A stretch of DNA of 64,000 nt, taken from contig OZ024743.1 in NCBI GenBank assembly GCA_964016885.1, positions 73,098,001-73,162,000 on the forward strand, written 5' to 3'. The notes under the pieces are model-generated. The model was not told the DNA's origin. It ran no database searches and saw nothing but the letters and a program-made list of their open reading frames with translations. The DNA is from Eledone cirrhosa (lineage: Eukaryota). Below, piece after piece: positions 14,319 to 27,397 of the stretch (the first letter of the stretch is position 1; each line of letters opens with the position of its first letter). Position numbers and translations under genes: made by a program.

Positions 14319-14934
14319 TAATGTGTGTGTGTATGTGTGTGTGTATGTGTGTGCGTGCGTGCGTGTGTGTGTGTTTGTATGCAGTTGTGATTACTTTATT
14401 AAAAATTCCTTTATATCTTATGTAAAAGCAAAGTCTGAATATATTTATATATATCTATATATATCTATATCTATCTATCTATATATATATATATATATAT
14501 GTGTGTCTGTCTGTGTGTCTGTGTGCGTGTATCTAAGTGTGAGAGAGAGAGGGTGGTCGGGTTGAACATGCATACATAAACAGGCATGTGTGTGTGTGCA
14601 TTGTCACTATTCAAATTTACCCGAAATGAAATTGAAATATTACTTGGCAAACTTACCGTCATACGTAATCAAAATATAGAAATTGGTTTTAGTGTCTAAT
14701 GTAAAAAAACATGAGAAAAATAGTTAAGCTGCAATGGAAAGTAAAAGTGGTTTTGGGGAGAGACTCTTCCTAATAGAAAATCGGTGGTTTGAGACATTTT
14801 TTTGAGTCAGCTGCTTTAAATCCAATTTATTGACTAAGCTCTAATAGTGTTTAACACAACGACATACAGGAATGTATATTAATAAACAAATAATATAATT
14901 ATAATAATAACAATAATAACAATAATAATAATAA

Positions 14935-15120
14935 TTGTTTCTACTTTTGGCACGAGGCCAGCAACTATCCCAGTGTATTACTGAGGTTTTATTTTATCGA
15001 CCCCATAAGGATGAAAGGCAAAGTTAACCTCGGCGCGATTTGAACTCAGACAGTAAAGGGTCGTAACTCTATGCTGAAAAGTATGGTATCCGACTCTCTA
15101 CCGATTCTACCAATCTACAG
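14935..15120 (-). mobile_element. SINE family 1
   Basis: Reverse-complement copy ending in an (AAT)n tract. Confidence 0.85.
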
Positions 15121-15339
15121 CGAAGAGAATAAAATATTTGGAGAAAAAAAATTCTAGGACAGAATTTCAGATATAGCAAAATGTCGGTAGCAGAGAACTT
15201 TGGCTGTGGGTGAAAAATACTGAGTTGAAAGAAACTGCTGCTCAATCACAAGTCTTAAGAACTTATCTTATCAAGCGAAATTACACAAAACTTGTGACAA
15301 TACTAAATGTAGAATGTACAATGAAAAGGCTGATTCAAT

Positions 15340-15860
15340 AACCTACATTGTAAATGTTTGTAGCTGTTTGACACAGAAAGTATATCAGACGTCACGTGTG
15401 TGTAGCTAGGTCTCGTCAGTGGGATATATTGCTCTAACAACGGTTTGAAGAGGCAGATGATATCAATAGCAAGAAGAGATCGTGTTGAAAATAATAGGTC
15501 CAAGGTACGTTATGATTTAACAATCCAGACAGACCGCGAAATATAGGCTACAAGACATGATGTAGTTATTATAAATGTGTCAAAAGAATGTATATTTGTT
15601 GATATAACTATTTCTGCTGACATAAACGTGACAAATAAGGAGCAGCAAAACATTGAAAAGTATTAGTATCTTGTTAGAGAAATAAGAACATTTAGGAATC
15701 TCTCCGTAAAGTAACTCTAACCCTAACCCCATTGTTATTGGTACGTTACTGAAAAAATAAAGAATCCTTGGGTAATAGGAGTTAAATCGTATGTAGCGCT
15801 GATCCAATAGTCTGCCTTACTTCATACAGCGAGAATCACCAGAAAGGCCTTTGATCTCTA
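15340..15860 (+). pseudogene. Decayed R4/Dong-type non-LTR C-terminus (zinc knuckle + restriction-like endonuclease)
   Basis: Translates to HIVNVCSCL...RRH.CVA, YDLTIQTDREI*ATRHDVVI, CIFVDITISAD..V..KEQQNIEKY and PIVIGTL. Confidence 0.7.
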
Positions 15861-16074
15861 AAGAAATTAGTTGTGAGCCGATCTTAAGGAAAAAATTAAA
15901 ATTTATTTGGACGAAACACCAACATAAACAACAAAAATCATATTAATAATCCTTTGAAACCATGCATTACAGTGAGAAGAAGATATGTTCTCTTTTTTAA
16001 ATATTCTTACAACTTTCTTGGCTACAATTTTAATACATCTTCATGGGTTTGTAGTTTTACTTAAAATTAGAGTC

Positions 16075-16397
16075 GTGAAGGCCCATGGCTGTATGGTGAA
16101 GGTATTCGGCTCACAAACGTAAGGTCGTGAGTTCGATTCCGGCGGCGTGTTATATTCTTGAGCAAGACACTTTATTTTACGTTGCTCCAGTCGACTCACC
16201 TGACAAAATGAGTTGTACTTGTAATTCGAAAGGCGAGCCTTGTCACGTTCGGTGTCATGCTGAATCTCGCAGAGAACTACGTTAAGGTTAAACGTGTCTG
16301 TGGAATGCTCAGTCACTTGCACGTTAATTTCATGAGCAGGCTGTTCCGTTCTTTGGATCAAGTGGAACATTCGTCGTCGTAATCGACTGAGTGCCAT
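16075..16397 (+). mobile_element. tRNA-derived SINE family 2
   Basis: A/B boxes (tggctgtatggt, gagttcgattcc) and core cttgagcaagacact. The body is shared with 26205-26520. Confidence 0.8.
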
Positions 16398-16892
16398 CCA
16401 TCCTGAGTTGTAAGCTATTTTCTCTTACTAAATGTCTCTTTGTGTGCCCTCTGTGTGGAGGATATAAGCAGTTGCGTGTTCTGGGAAGCGGAGGTCGTCG
16501 AAGCTTCAGTAGAATACTGATAGAATATAGATCATAGTTGTAAAGAGATCATGAGTGAATATTTGGCAATTAGCTGAAAAGCGATCTGTAGTGTTCCTCG
16601 TAAGTTTTGTGTTAACCATCATAACTTTCCCGAAAATCTAGACCATACGGTATCTTATCAGATCGGAAGTGCCTCCTGGTCTTCAAACAAAACATTAAAT
16701 TTAGGAAGCAGTTTTGCCAATGTTGTATATGTAATGTTGAAATGGGAGATCGTAACATCGTTTGAAGAAGCCTAGAGCTTGTAACTAATTGTTGTGTAGT
16801 TGTGCGTCAGCCATTAGTAAAGAGGCTGTTGTTAAGTTAATCTCAATATGTACAGTGATTATATGTTTATGTTGTTGAATACTGTCTCAAGC

Positions 16893-17216
16893 CAGACCTG
16901 ATTTAATGGGAGGAAAATGGGGCAATTGTTTATGACCCCCTGCAGTGATGCCCCCCCCCCCCCCCCCCCCAGCGACGACTGTAAACATTTATTTGTGCCC
17001 TCAGTTGGGCTTTTTAGTTTTAGGATGGTTAGACTTTTTGAATTCAATAGTTGTATTAATAACTTTTCAATTCCAATTACTTGCGCCAAGCTAAATTTGA
17101 TATTTAAATTTGGAGGCTTTGCTGAGTATTCTAATGTTTTTTGTATGAGCACACCCCCCCCCCCCCTCCCAAACCTGAAGTGCTCGTGGCACCGCCAAGG
17201 TCTGAATCCAACCCTG
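16893..17216. mobile_element. Degenerate hAT-like MITE
   Basis: Termini cagacctgattta / tgaatccaaccctg with an imperfect 8-bp TSD (tctcaagc / tctcaggt). Confidence 0.5.
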
Positions 17217-17979
17217 TCTCAGGTACATTTTATTCTATAACTATGTTTATTAATGTAACACATATCGACTGTGAGTTGTCTTGTTTGCTTGTGGGTAACC
17301 CTTATGAGCCAAAACGGTAGTAACGGAAATAGAATCCATCTACCCTAGAGTTGATATATATTAAAGTTGAGAGCGCAATGCCATCAATATTTCAGTCTGA
17401 AAAGATAGAACTGTGTACTCCCATATGAATTGAGCCTATAAATAAAAATATATAGCTGTTCTCATGGAAGACACTGTTAAACATTTGGCTTTTACCAATG
17501 ACGAGAACGTCATTTTCAATCAGCATCAACAACATTATATTACTTGAGGAAAAGAAAATCTTTCTGATATCTAATATCTATGGTGGTTAAATTTCAAATT
17601 ATTTATTTGCACAAACTCTTCACCACACCCACCCACACATACTATGTGTATTTCCTGTTAATATAATGAGTTATATAAAATACAAAATTGTATCAGCATA
17701 TATTATGATTGACAATCATCTTCAGATATCTTATGAACTGTATATCTCTTTCGCCCACGAAATAGATACAGGAAAGTGATATCATACTTTCTATTTTTTT
17801 CAGTATTTTTATTTAACATAATTTATTATTATATATGAAAACAACTACATTGATATACTCTATATTTATAAACACTCAGCGAAGAGTTGTAAAATATGCT
17901 TTGAATTACAAGAAACCGTTTAAGTTATAGCAATGGATTGCAATCTGGGTAAACAACAAATTATATATATATATATATA

Positions 17980-17986
<7 letters not shown>

Positions 17987-18073
<87 letters not shown>
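17987..18073. repeat. (TG)n microsatellite
   Basis: Uninterrupted TG run. Confidence 0.95.
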
Positions 18074-18075
<2 letters not shown>

Positions 18076-18779
18076 AACGATTGAAATACCGGGAAAAGTG
18101 GCTTAAGGTTTAGAACACTAGTCCTTCAACGGAAGATAGAGTTAGAAATAGAAGATAAATAGAAAGAATCGCGCGAGGAGAGGAAGGAACGGCCGGAAAA
18201 TGAGGGGAAAAAATAAGGCGAGAAAAATAACACGTGTGGCTTCAGTCAGCCACGTTGGAGATATAAATATATATGGGCTTGTACACGATATACCCATTGT
18301 TTTAAGTCTCCTCGGTGAATTATATTTTACGCAGTAGGAAATATTGAATATACCATTATATATAAAAAGTGAAGGAATGTAATGATACTGACTATGAATA
18401 TTAGCCATATGACTGATGGGGTGTTCTGCGCGCTAAATAAACATGCAGTAGTAAATAACGTACATAATATAAGGAGGCTGAAAACGTCTATCTTTTGAGA
18501 AAATACTTGACAAAAACTCTCTCCTCGTGTGTATAATATCTAAGCATAAGTCAGAGAAATAGATCTGATGATTTTATATTTTGAAAAAAAATATATGGGA
18601 GGACTGTGTAGTCTGACTCTGTGTCAGATTAGTAAATAAAGTATTATGGCAGACCATCCACCGACTCCGTAATAACAAGCCCTCCACCACACTGACTATA
18701 AGGAACGCGTCTGTGGTTCTCTCTTCAGGAAGGTGCATCCGCGTGAAGTGGAGAGAATAACTTTCTGATCTCCTGAACT

Positions 18780-19620
18780 CGATTACAACAGCATCTTCTG
18801 TTGTACATCAAGCGCATCTGCAAGCTGTGATTAATCTCTCAACGGCTGAGATTATAAGAGAAGTTAAAGAGCTCAAATGCTGTGGAAGATGAAATCCGAC
18901 CCGTGATGTTAAAAGCCTTAAATAGAGAAAGTATTCTCTAGCTGACTCGCGTGTGCCGGTTTGCCTGGATCTCTGGAAAGGCACATAAGCAATGATAATT
19001 GGGAACGATAATCCAAATTTTCATAAAAGGTGACAAGCCTTCGCAGTGCACACTACATGTGTATAGAGTTCCGCTGAAGCAGGGAGAGAAGTATCTCGGA
19101 TGAGTGTTCCCGTGTGATGGAATGCAGGAGGCAGAATTAATTGCAAGAATTGCAGGAGTTGATGCAGTAATACGCCAGCTTCAGTATTCAGTAATCAGGA
19201 TGAAGGTAATTGTAAAAGCCAAACTAGGTATCTTCAATGTAGTATTCCTGCAAACCCTTGACTATGGTATTCGATCGCGAATACAAGCGACCGAAATGGG
19301 GTTCCTTCGAAGGGTGTTGGAGTAAGGCTACTCGATAGAGTGTGTAGCTCGGAGATCAGGGATTCAATCCAGGTAGAGCCGCTACTTCTCTGAATTGAGA
19401 TATAACAGCTCTGATACTATGGGCATGTGATTAGAATGTCTCAGGAAAAAAATCACTGGACAGATTTTACGAGCAAATCCAACCGCATGAGTTTCGGGGG
19501 TAGACACAGAACAAGATGGTTGGTTAAAATCCATGAGCTTGTTTTTTCTCGCTTGGGGATCCTCTCCGACCAGATGGAGACGGTTGTTTCTGACAAGAGC
19601 CGCTGGAAGGACACACTCAC
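18780..19620 (+). pseudogene. Decayed, internally deleted RTE (Rex3/Expander-like) RT remnant
   Basis: Translates to EIRPVMLKAL, KYLG, IQATEMGFLRRV, YYGHVIRM and GRHRTRW. Confidence 0.8.
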
Positions 19621-20253
19621 CATATATATATATATGATGGACTCTCCCGTCGATATCTAACGTATGAGTGTCCAAAAACATTTAAATTTGAGAAAGTGAA
19701 CTGATGTTGAACTACGCACACAAAGTTTAGTTTTAATTGGTGAAGGCTTGTGTAGGACCAACCACACTTTTTGGAACTGACGACACATGTCTTCGGTGCA
19801 AATGTTTGCCACAGAAAATACGGCAGCCCTCAAAAATAAAAAAAAATAAATATATATATATATATACTATTTGGATGGCCGTTGACTCTGTTGAGTTCCT
19901 CCACCGTTTGCCAGGTCTTGTTTTTCATCCCGCAGGGTGTCCAAATATCACCATCCTCATCAAGCAAGCTTGGTGGGGTTGCCGGTTTAGTCGCGGACGA
20001 ACCGCCCATTAAGGCAGGTTGTACTGGGTTACATGCTACCAGTAGCACTGGAGATCGACCTGACATACATATATATATATATATATAAATACATAAACGG
20101 AGAAAGCTAATAGTGATACTCTGGCCAAATTCCAACTCACTCAACAAACATTAGGAAATATCTGAGTATATTCCTAATTAAACGTCAGGGGTGCTAACTA
20201 TATTGTATTGTGTGGAGAATTGGCTGTATCTTTTCATATGAGATATATTATAT

Positions 20254-20320
<67 letters not shown>

Positions 20321-20736
20321 GTGTGTGTGTGTGTGTGTGTGTGTGTTAGACTTTTAATCAATGGGTAAGCCGGGGCAACAATATATTAAAGCACTCAACG
20401 CTATGCAAATCATCCATCGTTGATGTTGTATCATGTGGTTGGTGCAAGAACGGAGTTATGTATTCATTGAAACAACAGAAAGCCGGATTGGAAAATTTAC
20501 TTCAGAATTTTTATTTCGAGGGCCGAGCTCTATTATCCTATTATGATGCAAGACTAGGCTTTTTCATCAGACTAGGCGATTTCATCATTATTTACAGAGG
20601 TTTGTAACAGTATTACGTTGAACCCAGGCATAGAATAGAATATTGGAGATAGAAAAAAGAGAAAATTCGTTTCGGGGACAGCCTGCAAATATTGTGTTAT
20701 ATCTCTGGCTGTCGGTCTGCTCTCTATCTATCTATA

Positions 20737-20795
<59 letters not shown>

Positions 20796-20799
<4 letters not shown>

Positions 20800-21284
20800 A
20801 ATGTAATCTGAGTTTTCGAATATTAATAATAATATTCGATTCGTTTGCAACTATGCAAACAAGCCTCCTTTTTAAAGCCATATCAGTAAAATGAGACCCT
20901 CATTCTTGCCCTTGAGTTGGCATGTAAACAGAACTGTAGACACTAATGTTTCTTGGTATTACCCTTTATCAGTACAGCTCACTGTTCACCTTCCAACTGT
21001 CAGACCTAGTGAAAATATATGATATTTTATAAAATATACAGTGACTGATCGGCCTGATTTGCACATTATCAGATCTGCATATCAGCAGATCCACTGATCA
21101 GCCAGATTTGCATATCAGCAGACTGGCCAGTCAGTATCCAGTATACGAGCGATCAATGGCCGGTTTTGCCACATTCAAATAAAGAAAATTTCGCTCTACA
21201 TGGCTGAATACAATAAATGTAACCTGAGTTTTTCGAATGTTAATAATAATATTCGATTCGTTTGTAATTATGCAAACAAGCCTC
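20796..21284 (-). mobile_element. Retrozyme-like unit with ~72-bp terminal direct repeats (period ~416) and an HHR
   Basis: 20796-20867 matches 21212-21284. HHR at 20934-20977. (TA)n flanks. Confidence 0.65.
20934..20977 (-). ncRNA. Minimal hammerhead, CTGATAA core (G8A)
   Basis: ctgta-CTGATAA-ag ggt aat acc aa-GAAA-cattagtg-TC-tacag. Confidence 0.6.
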
Positions 21285-21309
21285 ATTCTTCTTATTATTC
21301 ATATATTAT

Positions 21310-21341
<32 letters not shown>

Positions 21342-21479
21342 AATATAAAACGAAGGAGTTGTGGTAAGGAACCAGATGGACCATAACGCACCAGAGTACT
21401 CAATACTTATGGTAATATAGTGGGTCATACATTTTCATATATTTATATATATATATAAATATATATGCTCGCTTTTTTC

Positions 21480-21566
<87 letters not shown>

Positions 21567-21684
21567 GGAATGTGAGTGAGAGAGAGGAGAGATTGAGAGT
21601 TATTTGTTTAGACTGACAAGGATCAGGTAAGTATTCAATATTTGGGAAAGTTGAATCTAGGTATCATTTTAAACAGCTCAAGAT

Positions 21685-21868
21685 TGGTGGCAATTGAGCG
21701 TCGGACAAAATGCTTTGCAGAATAGAGTTACGACATAGAGTTACGGACCTTTACGTTCTAAGTTCAAATCCCACTGAGGTTAGCCTTGCCTTTTATCATT
21801 ACAGGGTTGATAAAATAAAGTACCAGCCACGTATTGCTGGCCTTGTGCCTAAATGAGAACCCATTATT
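21685..21868 (+). mobile_element. SINE family 1
   Basis: Head, B box, core and tail are present, with an internal deletion. Confidence 0.8.
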
Positions 21869-21901
21869 ATAAAGAGCTTAGCTGTCGAGCCCTAACATTT
21901 T

Positions 21902-21969
<68 letters not shown>

Positions 21970-21973
<4 letters not shown>

Positions 21974-22853
21974 CGAAACATAAGTCAATTGCATGAACTC
22001 ATAATCCTTTATTTACTGCTATATTTATTTCGATGATAGCCATTGAATGGCTATGACCTCATCAGGCAGTTAGTCAGTTCTTAGATATGCCAGCTCTGTG
22101 TTTATGGTGTTGATGGTATCAGAGCCTTGGGACATATGAACTTGTTAGGAATAATTTAATGTTGTCACCAGGAATAGTCTTAATTCTCATTGGTCAATTT
22201 GTAGATGCTAGTAGGGTTGGTATTTGACCTCAAAGAGGCAGGTGGTGTTGTAAAGTTCAAACCGTCAGGCAAGATGACAATAGTTCCATATGACTGATTT
22301 TCACAAAAAGGATTCCTGGTCAGATATATATTCAATTAAGGTTAATAGTATGAAATAGATACTACAGGTCTTTCTTAAATTGAGAAATTTATGTGGAGTG
22401 GTACTACTGAAAATTATGGTTAGAGTAGAATACTAGAAAATATACATATAAAAAGACTTATGTTGGTTGACTTGCACATACACTCACACCCACCCCAACA
22501 GACACACACACACATCCACACATACAAATTGAGGAATTAATGTAGGGTGGTAATAATGAAAATTATGGTTCGAATCAAATACTTAGAAAGTTTAGAAATT
22601 TTAGAAATAAAAAACTTATGTTGGTTGACTTGTACATACACTCACACCTACCTCCTCAGACACACACACACACTTAGGTGTCTGCAGGCGCCGAATAAGT
22701 CGGCCCTTCTGTTTAACAGCTTGGTTCCACCATGAAGTATCTCGAGTGTCTCACTAAGACAGAGGTTGCAAATACCAGACCCGCCTCTGTCTGGGGAACC
22801 TTTCTCACCATGGACCAGACCAGAGAGTGCGGTGTCTTTTCAAGTTTGAGCTT

Positions 22854-22856
<3 letters not shown>
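21970..22856 (-). mobile_element. 5'-truncated Naiad-like PLE (GIY-YIG end + pLTR)
   Basis: Minus-strand translation WKLKLEKTPHSLVWS / ICNLCLSETLEIL...LLNRRADLFGACRH. HHR near the 3' end. (TA)n flanks. Confidence 0.85.
22015..22070 (-). ncRNA. Canonical minimal type I hammerhead
   Basis: actgc-CTGATGA-ggtc atagccatt c aatggctat catc-GAAA-taaata-TA-gcagt. Confidence 0.85.
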
Positions 22857-22905
<49 letters not shown>

Positions 22906-22978
22906 AAAAAGGGATGAAATCGAAAATGCAACTGAAGTCTTATTTTTTTTTTTTTTAAATATATATATTTATTTGGTT

Positions 22979-23016
22979 CCTTTACCGGTTTCGCAGTTCT
23001 TCTGCTTTTCAAAAGG
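22979..23016 (-). ncRNA. Hammerhead variant with U3-A8 core (family C)
   Basis: Reverse complement of 24425-24462. Confidence 0.7.
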
Positions 23017-23194
23017 TGAGTTGAGATGGAGGGTCTGTGGTTTTTCTCACATCTGGTTGGTCTCTAAATGTTACTTGTTTTATATGGAAAAAGTGCCTCG
23101 AAAACCAGGTTTTTCGAGAAGTAATTTGATTGGTTTGTCAATAATTATAATAAATTTCGCGCCAGTTCGCGTTACAATAGTTCTTCAAATAAGG

Positions 23195-23514
23195 GGGACA
23201 GGGAGAAGAAAGCATGCACAGTAGTGGAAATTAGCTGCCCAGCAGATGCCAATATAATATCAAAGATTAGTGAAAAGGAGAATATTTATGCAGAACTGAT
23301 GAGAAATCTGCAGATACTCCAACCTGATTACACCTTCAGATTTATGCCTGTGATTATTGGGGCACTGGGGTATGTTAGTAACTGCCTCAATTAAAATCTT
23401 GAGAAGCTAGGCTTCACAGGAACAGAAAGAACACAACTAGTTAGGAAATTACAAGTACGATCCATTAATGGAACAGTAAAAATATGTAAAACATTCCAAA
23501 AATGTTGCATCTAA
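23195..23514 (+). pseudogene. R4/Dong-type restriction-like endonuclease C-terminus
   Basis: Translates to DREKKACTVVEISCPADANI..KISEKENIYAEL...FMPVIIGALG with one internal stop. Confidence 0.8.
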
Positions 23515-23771
23515 TAACTGCATATACACATGTACAGATACAAAAAATATACACATGCACAGATACAACTCAGAACATACACATCCACACATACAATAAC
23601 ATCCATATCTACACATGCATACATACATATATATCTACCTAGTTGATGTTGTGTAAATTCCAATGAGAGAGTCTTGTGTCTGTTAGAAACCGACTCTCTA
23701 TTGGGAAAAAAAATGGGAAATTATAAAACCAGAAGAACATACATAGGTACATAGATAGATAGATACATACA

Positions 23772-23910
23772 CATGGTGGCTGCCAACTCGTTTTCGAGTA
23801 CGGCCACTACTTTATATCCATGTAGGAGAACCCCTACCGTAGCGCTGAACGAGTGTGACTTTTTAATGCAGCCAGCGACTTGAAAACTCTGGTACAAACA
23901 CTACACCTGT
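23772..23910 (-). mobile_element. RTE-type LINE 3' end
   Basis: Translates to CSVCTRVFKSLAALKSH, then a UTR ending gccaccat. Confidence 0.55.
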
Positions 23911-24424
23911 GACAATTATTGACACATAGTGCTGGGCCCATGGTACCATGTGACGATAAGTCATTTGAAGAACTATTGTAACGCGAACTGGCGCGAAATT
24001 TATTATAATTTCTTTTTACTTGAAATTATTTATAATTTATTATAATTTATTATAATTTATTATAATTTATTATAATTTCTTTTTACTTGAAAAAATGAGG
24101 CTCACGAAGGCTTTTTTTGGTTGGTTAGTTAGTCAGTTCTAACTGACTAACCAACCAAAAAAAAGCCTTCGTGAGCCTCATTTTTTCAAGTAAAAAGAAA
24201 TTCAAACACTCATATATGAAAAAACAACCTGTGACAACCCCCCCTCTCTTATTTGAAGAACTATTGTAACGCGAACTGGCGCGAAATTTATTATAATTAT
24301 TGACAAACCAATCAAATTACTTCTCGAAAAACCTGGTTTTCGAGCCACTTTTTCCATATAAAACAAGTAACATTTAGAGACCAACCAGATGTGAGAAAAA
24401 CCACAGACCCTCCATCTCAACTCA

Positions 24425-24462
24425 CCTTTTGAAAAGCAGAAGAACTGCGAAACCGGTAAAGG
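24425..24462 (+). ncRNA. Hammerhead variant with U3-A8 core (family C)
   Basis: cctt-TTGAAAA-gcag aagaa ctgc-GAAA-ccgg-TA-aagg. Confidence 0.72.
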
Positions 24463-24603
24463 AACCAAATAAATATATATATTTAAAAAAAAAAAAAATA
24501 AGACTTCAGTTGCATTTTCGATTTCATCCCTTTTTCTTTATACTTCCACTCGTGTAGGACACCTCGGTTATTTTTCATTTTGTAAAAAAAACCTCACTTT
24601 CTA

Positions 24604-24659
<56 letters not shown>

Positions 24660-26204
24660 GAATAGAATTAGGATTTATCTACAGGCATATCTTTCTACAG
24701 ATATGTATAGAAATTGCATATTTCTAAAGAAACACGGTGTTTACAGGTATGAAAGCCGGTGGTGTCCAGCAGAAGCTATATATATATTTGACCACTACAA
24801 ATACCAGTTGAAAGTCCGAGTAAAATAAACCTTGAGACGGAAAAATTTGGACACAGTCGCTTGTAATAGTTGACAATTATTACGGTCATTTATGTTGGGA
24901 TGTACACAATTCACGTGTGTTTTTATGTTTTTATGAGTGAATGTTTATGCGTGTGTGAATGTGTATATATGCGTGAAGTGAATGTATATATATGTGTGAA
25001 TGTATATATATATATGTGTGTGAGTGTCTATGTGTGTGAATATGTATATGTGTGTGGATGTGTATATCTGTGTGAATGTGTATATCTGTGTGAATATGTT
25101 ATACCTGTGTGAATGTTTCTTTACTTATGTGTATGTGTTGATATGTGTGTTTACGTGTGTGTTGTAGGATTGAAGGCAATATATATTTTGTACACACTCT
25201 GTTGAATTCAACATATACCGGGTATTATCCGGTCGCTCCCTCTTCGCACGGTTACCTTGGAAACCTCAGGCGTACTGGGGCCCCGTATTGCCGAGCTCCT
25301 CCGCAATATCGGAATGTCAACAGCATGTCTGAGGAAGGAGCACCACGAGGCGGGGTGGCTCCTTCAGCGTGTCTCTGGCCATTGTCTTTGAAAATGCTTT
25401 TGTGGTCTTGTCCACAAGGTGGAGCCCTAGCACCGCCGCACCCTAGGCTCAGATCCCATCAACCTCACACTTCCCCTTCCCATTATTCTGTGACCCTAGA
25501 GCCCTTGCCTTTGCCTTCCTTTTCAGATTTCATCTCTATGCAGAAATATCAGAATCTTTGGCTTTTTAACAAAACAATCTACCAATTATGATTGGTATAC
25601 ATATAATTGTATATATAATTTAGTAAAGAATTGAGTAAACATCACACATGTTATGTTATAACCGTAATGGACACAGTAATGAAGTGTCTGTTTCTCTTTA
25701 TATTATATTGTTCAATTGTGTCTTAAATCTCATCGATCAAGATTAGGAAAAACTGAAACTTCATCCTGAGTTAATTAGTTTAATTGTTCCACAGATATCA
25801 AGAATATTTTATCAACTTTGGTATCAGATCAGAAATGCTAATCCGTTAATGTTTTTAAAAAATATGTTCCGTGTCGCGGGTTAATCGTGATGTGATGAAC
25901 TACATTTTATATTATTCATTGGCGGAATTAATGCTTCCCAATCCGGAATCTAACATTATGTAAATATTCATTATGTTACTTTTTGACATTGGCAAACTTC
26001 ATACATTTTAAAGGGGTCGCAGAATTAGTTAAATAGAAAGGAATTGTACATAACCCGTATTCATTTCATCGATATCCTAGGGATATGCGAGAAAGTTTGA
26101 CACCAGTAAAATGTGGTTTTAGAACTTAAAGATTCGTTACAAAATGCTGCAATCACCTGAGAAAATGTAGCTTTCTACTAGGATAGAGGATATTCCACCG
26201 TTTT

Positions 26205-26520
26205 CAATGATGAGTGTACCAGTTGTTCGATAAAAGGAACAGCCTGCTCATGAAATTAGTATGTAAGTTGGTGAACATTACACAGACACGTATACCCATT
26301 TCATAACTCTCGGGGAGATTCAACGTGGTAGAATGTGTGACAAGGCTGGTCTTATGAATCACAAGAACATTCCATTCGACAGGCTCTAAAACGGTTTCAT
26401 GTACCCAGTACCATACACCCATTGTGCTCGATCTGAATCTATAGTAAGTGCCATTTGTGAAAGATGCCATGCTCTAGGATCGAACTCAAAACCTAATGAC
26501 TGCGAAGGGAATCTGTTAAT
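26205..26520 (-). mobile_element. SINE family 2 (diverged)
   Basis: ggaacagcctgctcatgaaatta, gtgacaaggct and gatcgaactc match the reverse complement of 16075-16397. Confidence 0.7.
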
Positions 26521-26859
26521 TCTTCAAGTCTGCAACACATTTTAAATTAGCATGTAAGACCAAGTTACGATTTGAACATATTGTTATCTCATTAGTTTAA
26601 TATCTTCCGACATATTTTAATATAACTAACCTTTGATTAAGTTATTATCTTAATAATAAAATAATTCTTATATGTCTCTCAAAATTCTTCATTAAACATT
26701 TTGATATCGATCCAGTCAATGGTCAACCCAGTGTTGGTTCTATAAAAAAAAGTCATACATCTTAAAGAGACACTTTTTTAGTTAAGAACTTCCAACATAT
26801 TCTTTATAAAAACTATATGATGAGTTATTATCTTCTCCCCCCCCCCCCCCCCACACACG

Positions 26860-27050
26860 TATTTCTGAGAGGGTCATTGGGGCAGTCTCCTCAAACACAT
26901 CCGCAGCGGGTCCTGCCTGAAGCATTCCTCTCCAAATGATCCGGCTGGATCCACAGGCGAGAAAAGCCAAGCTTATGAATATCATCCAACCATCTTACGA
27001 TGTGTCTACTCCTAGGTCTCCAGGCAGTTGGCTTTGTCCGTACTTATTTT
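26860..27050 (-). pseudogene. RTE 3' coding remnant
   Basis: RPRSRHIVRWLDDIHKLGFSRLWIQPD resembles the translation of 19480-19600. Confidence 0.6.
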
Positions 27051-27397
27051 CTGTTGAAACACACTAGATGGCGCTATGCCATCAGTTTTCAAATTCATAG
27101 CTGAAGGCTTTGAAAATATTTATTTATAAACATACCGTGTATCACCAGATATACAAATTCACATATTTCATATATATATATATATATGTAATATATATAT
27201 ATATATATAATATATATATATATATAAAGAGAGAGAGAAAGAGAGGGAGAGAGAGATCACCCTCTGATTAATGAAAGGCAAAGTCAGCTGGCATAAAATA
27301 CTGCAGGCAAGTATTTTGTCTGATATTATACAGATTCTGTCATCCTATATATATATAGAAATAGATAGATAGATAGATAGGTAGATAGATAGATAGA

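Larger units (their letters stand above)
22901..24604. mobile_element. Family C inverted pLTR pair enclosing unrelated LINE fragments
   Basis: 22901-~23193 is the reverse complement of ~24248-24542. A third copy of the family lies at 37035-37391. Confidence 0.8.

Noticed and set aside
15714-15730. Telomere-like ctctaaccctaacccc
   Set aside because: Only about two units, inside a decayed R4/Dong coding remnant.
20500-20590. Minus-strand CTGATGA...GAAA motif
   Set aside because: Helices I and III could not be built convincingly, and a local duplication disrupts it. At most a decayed HHR.
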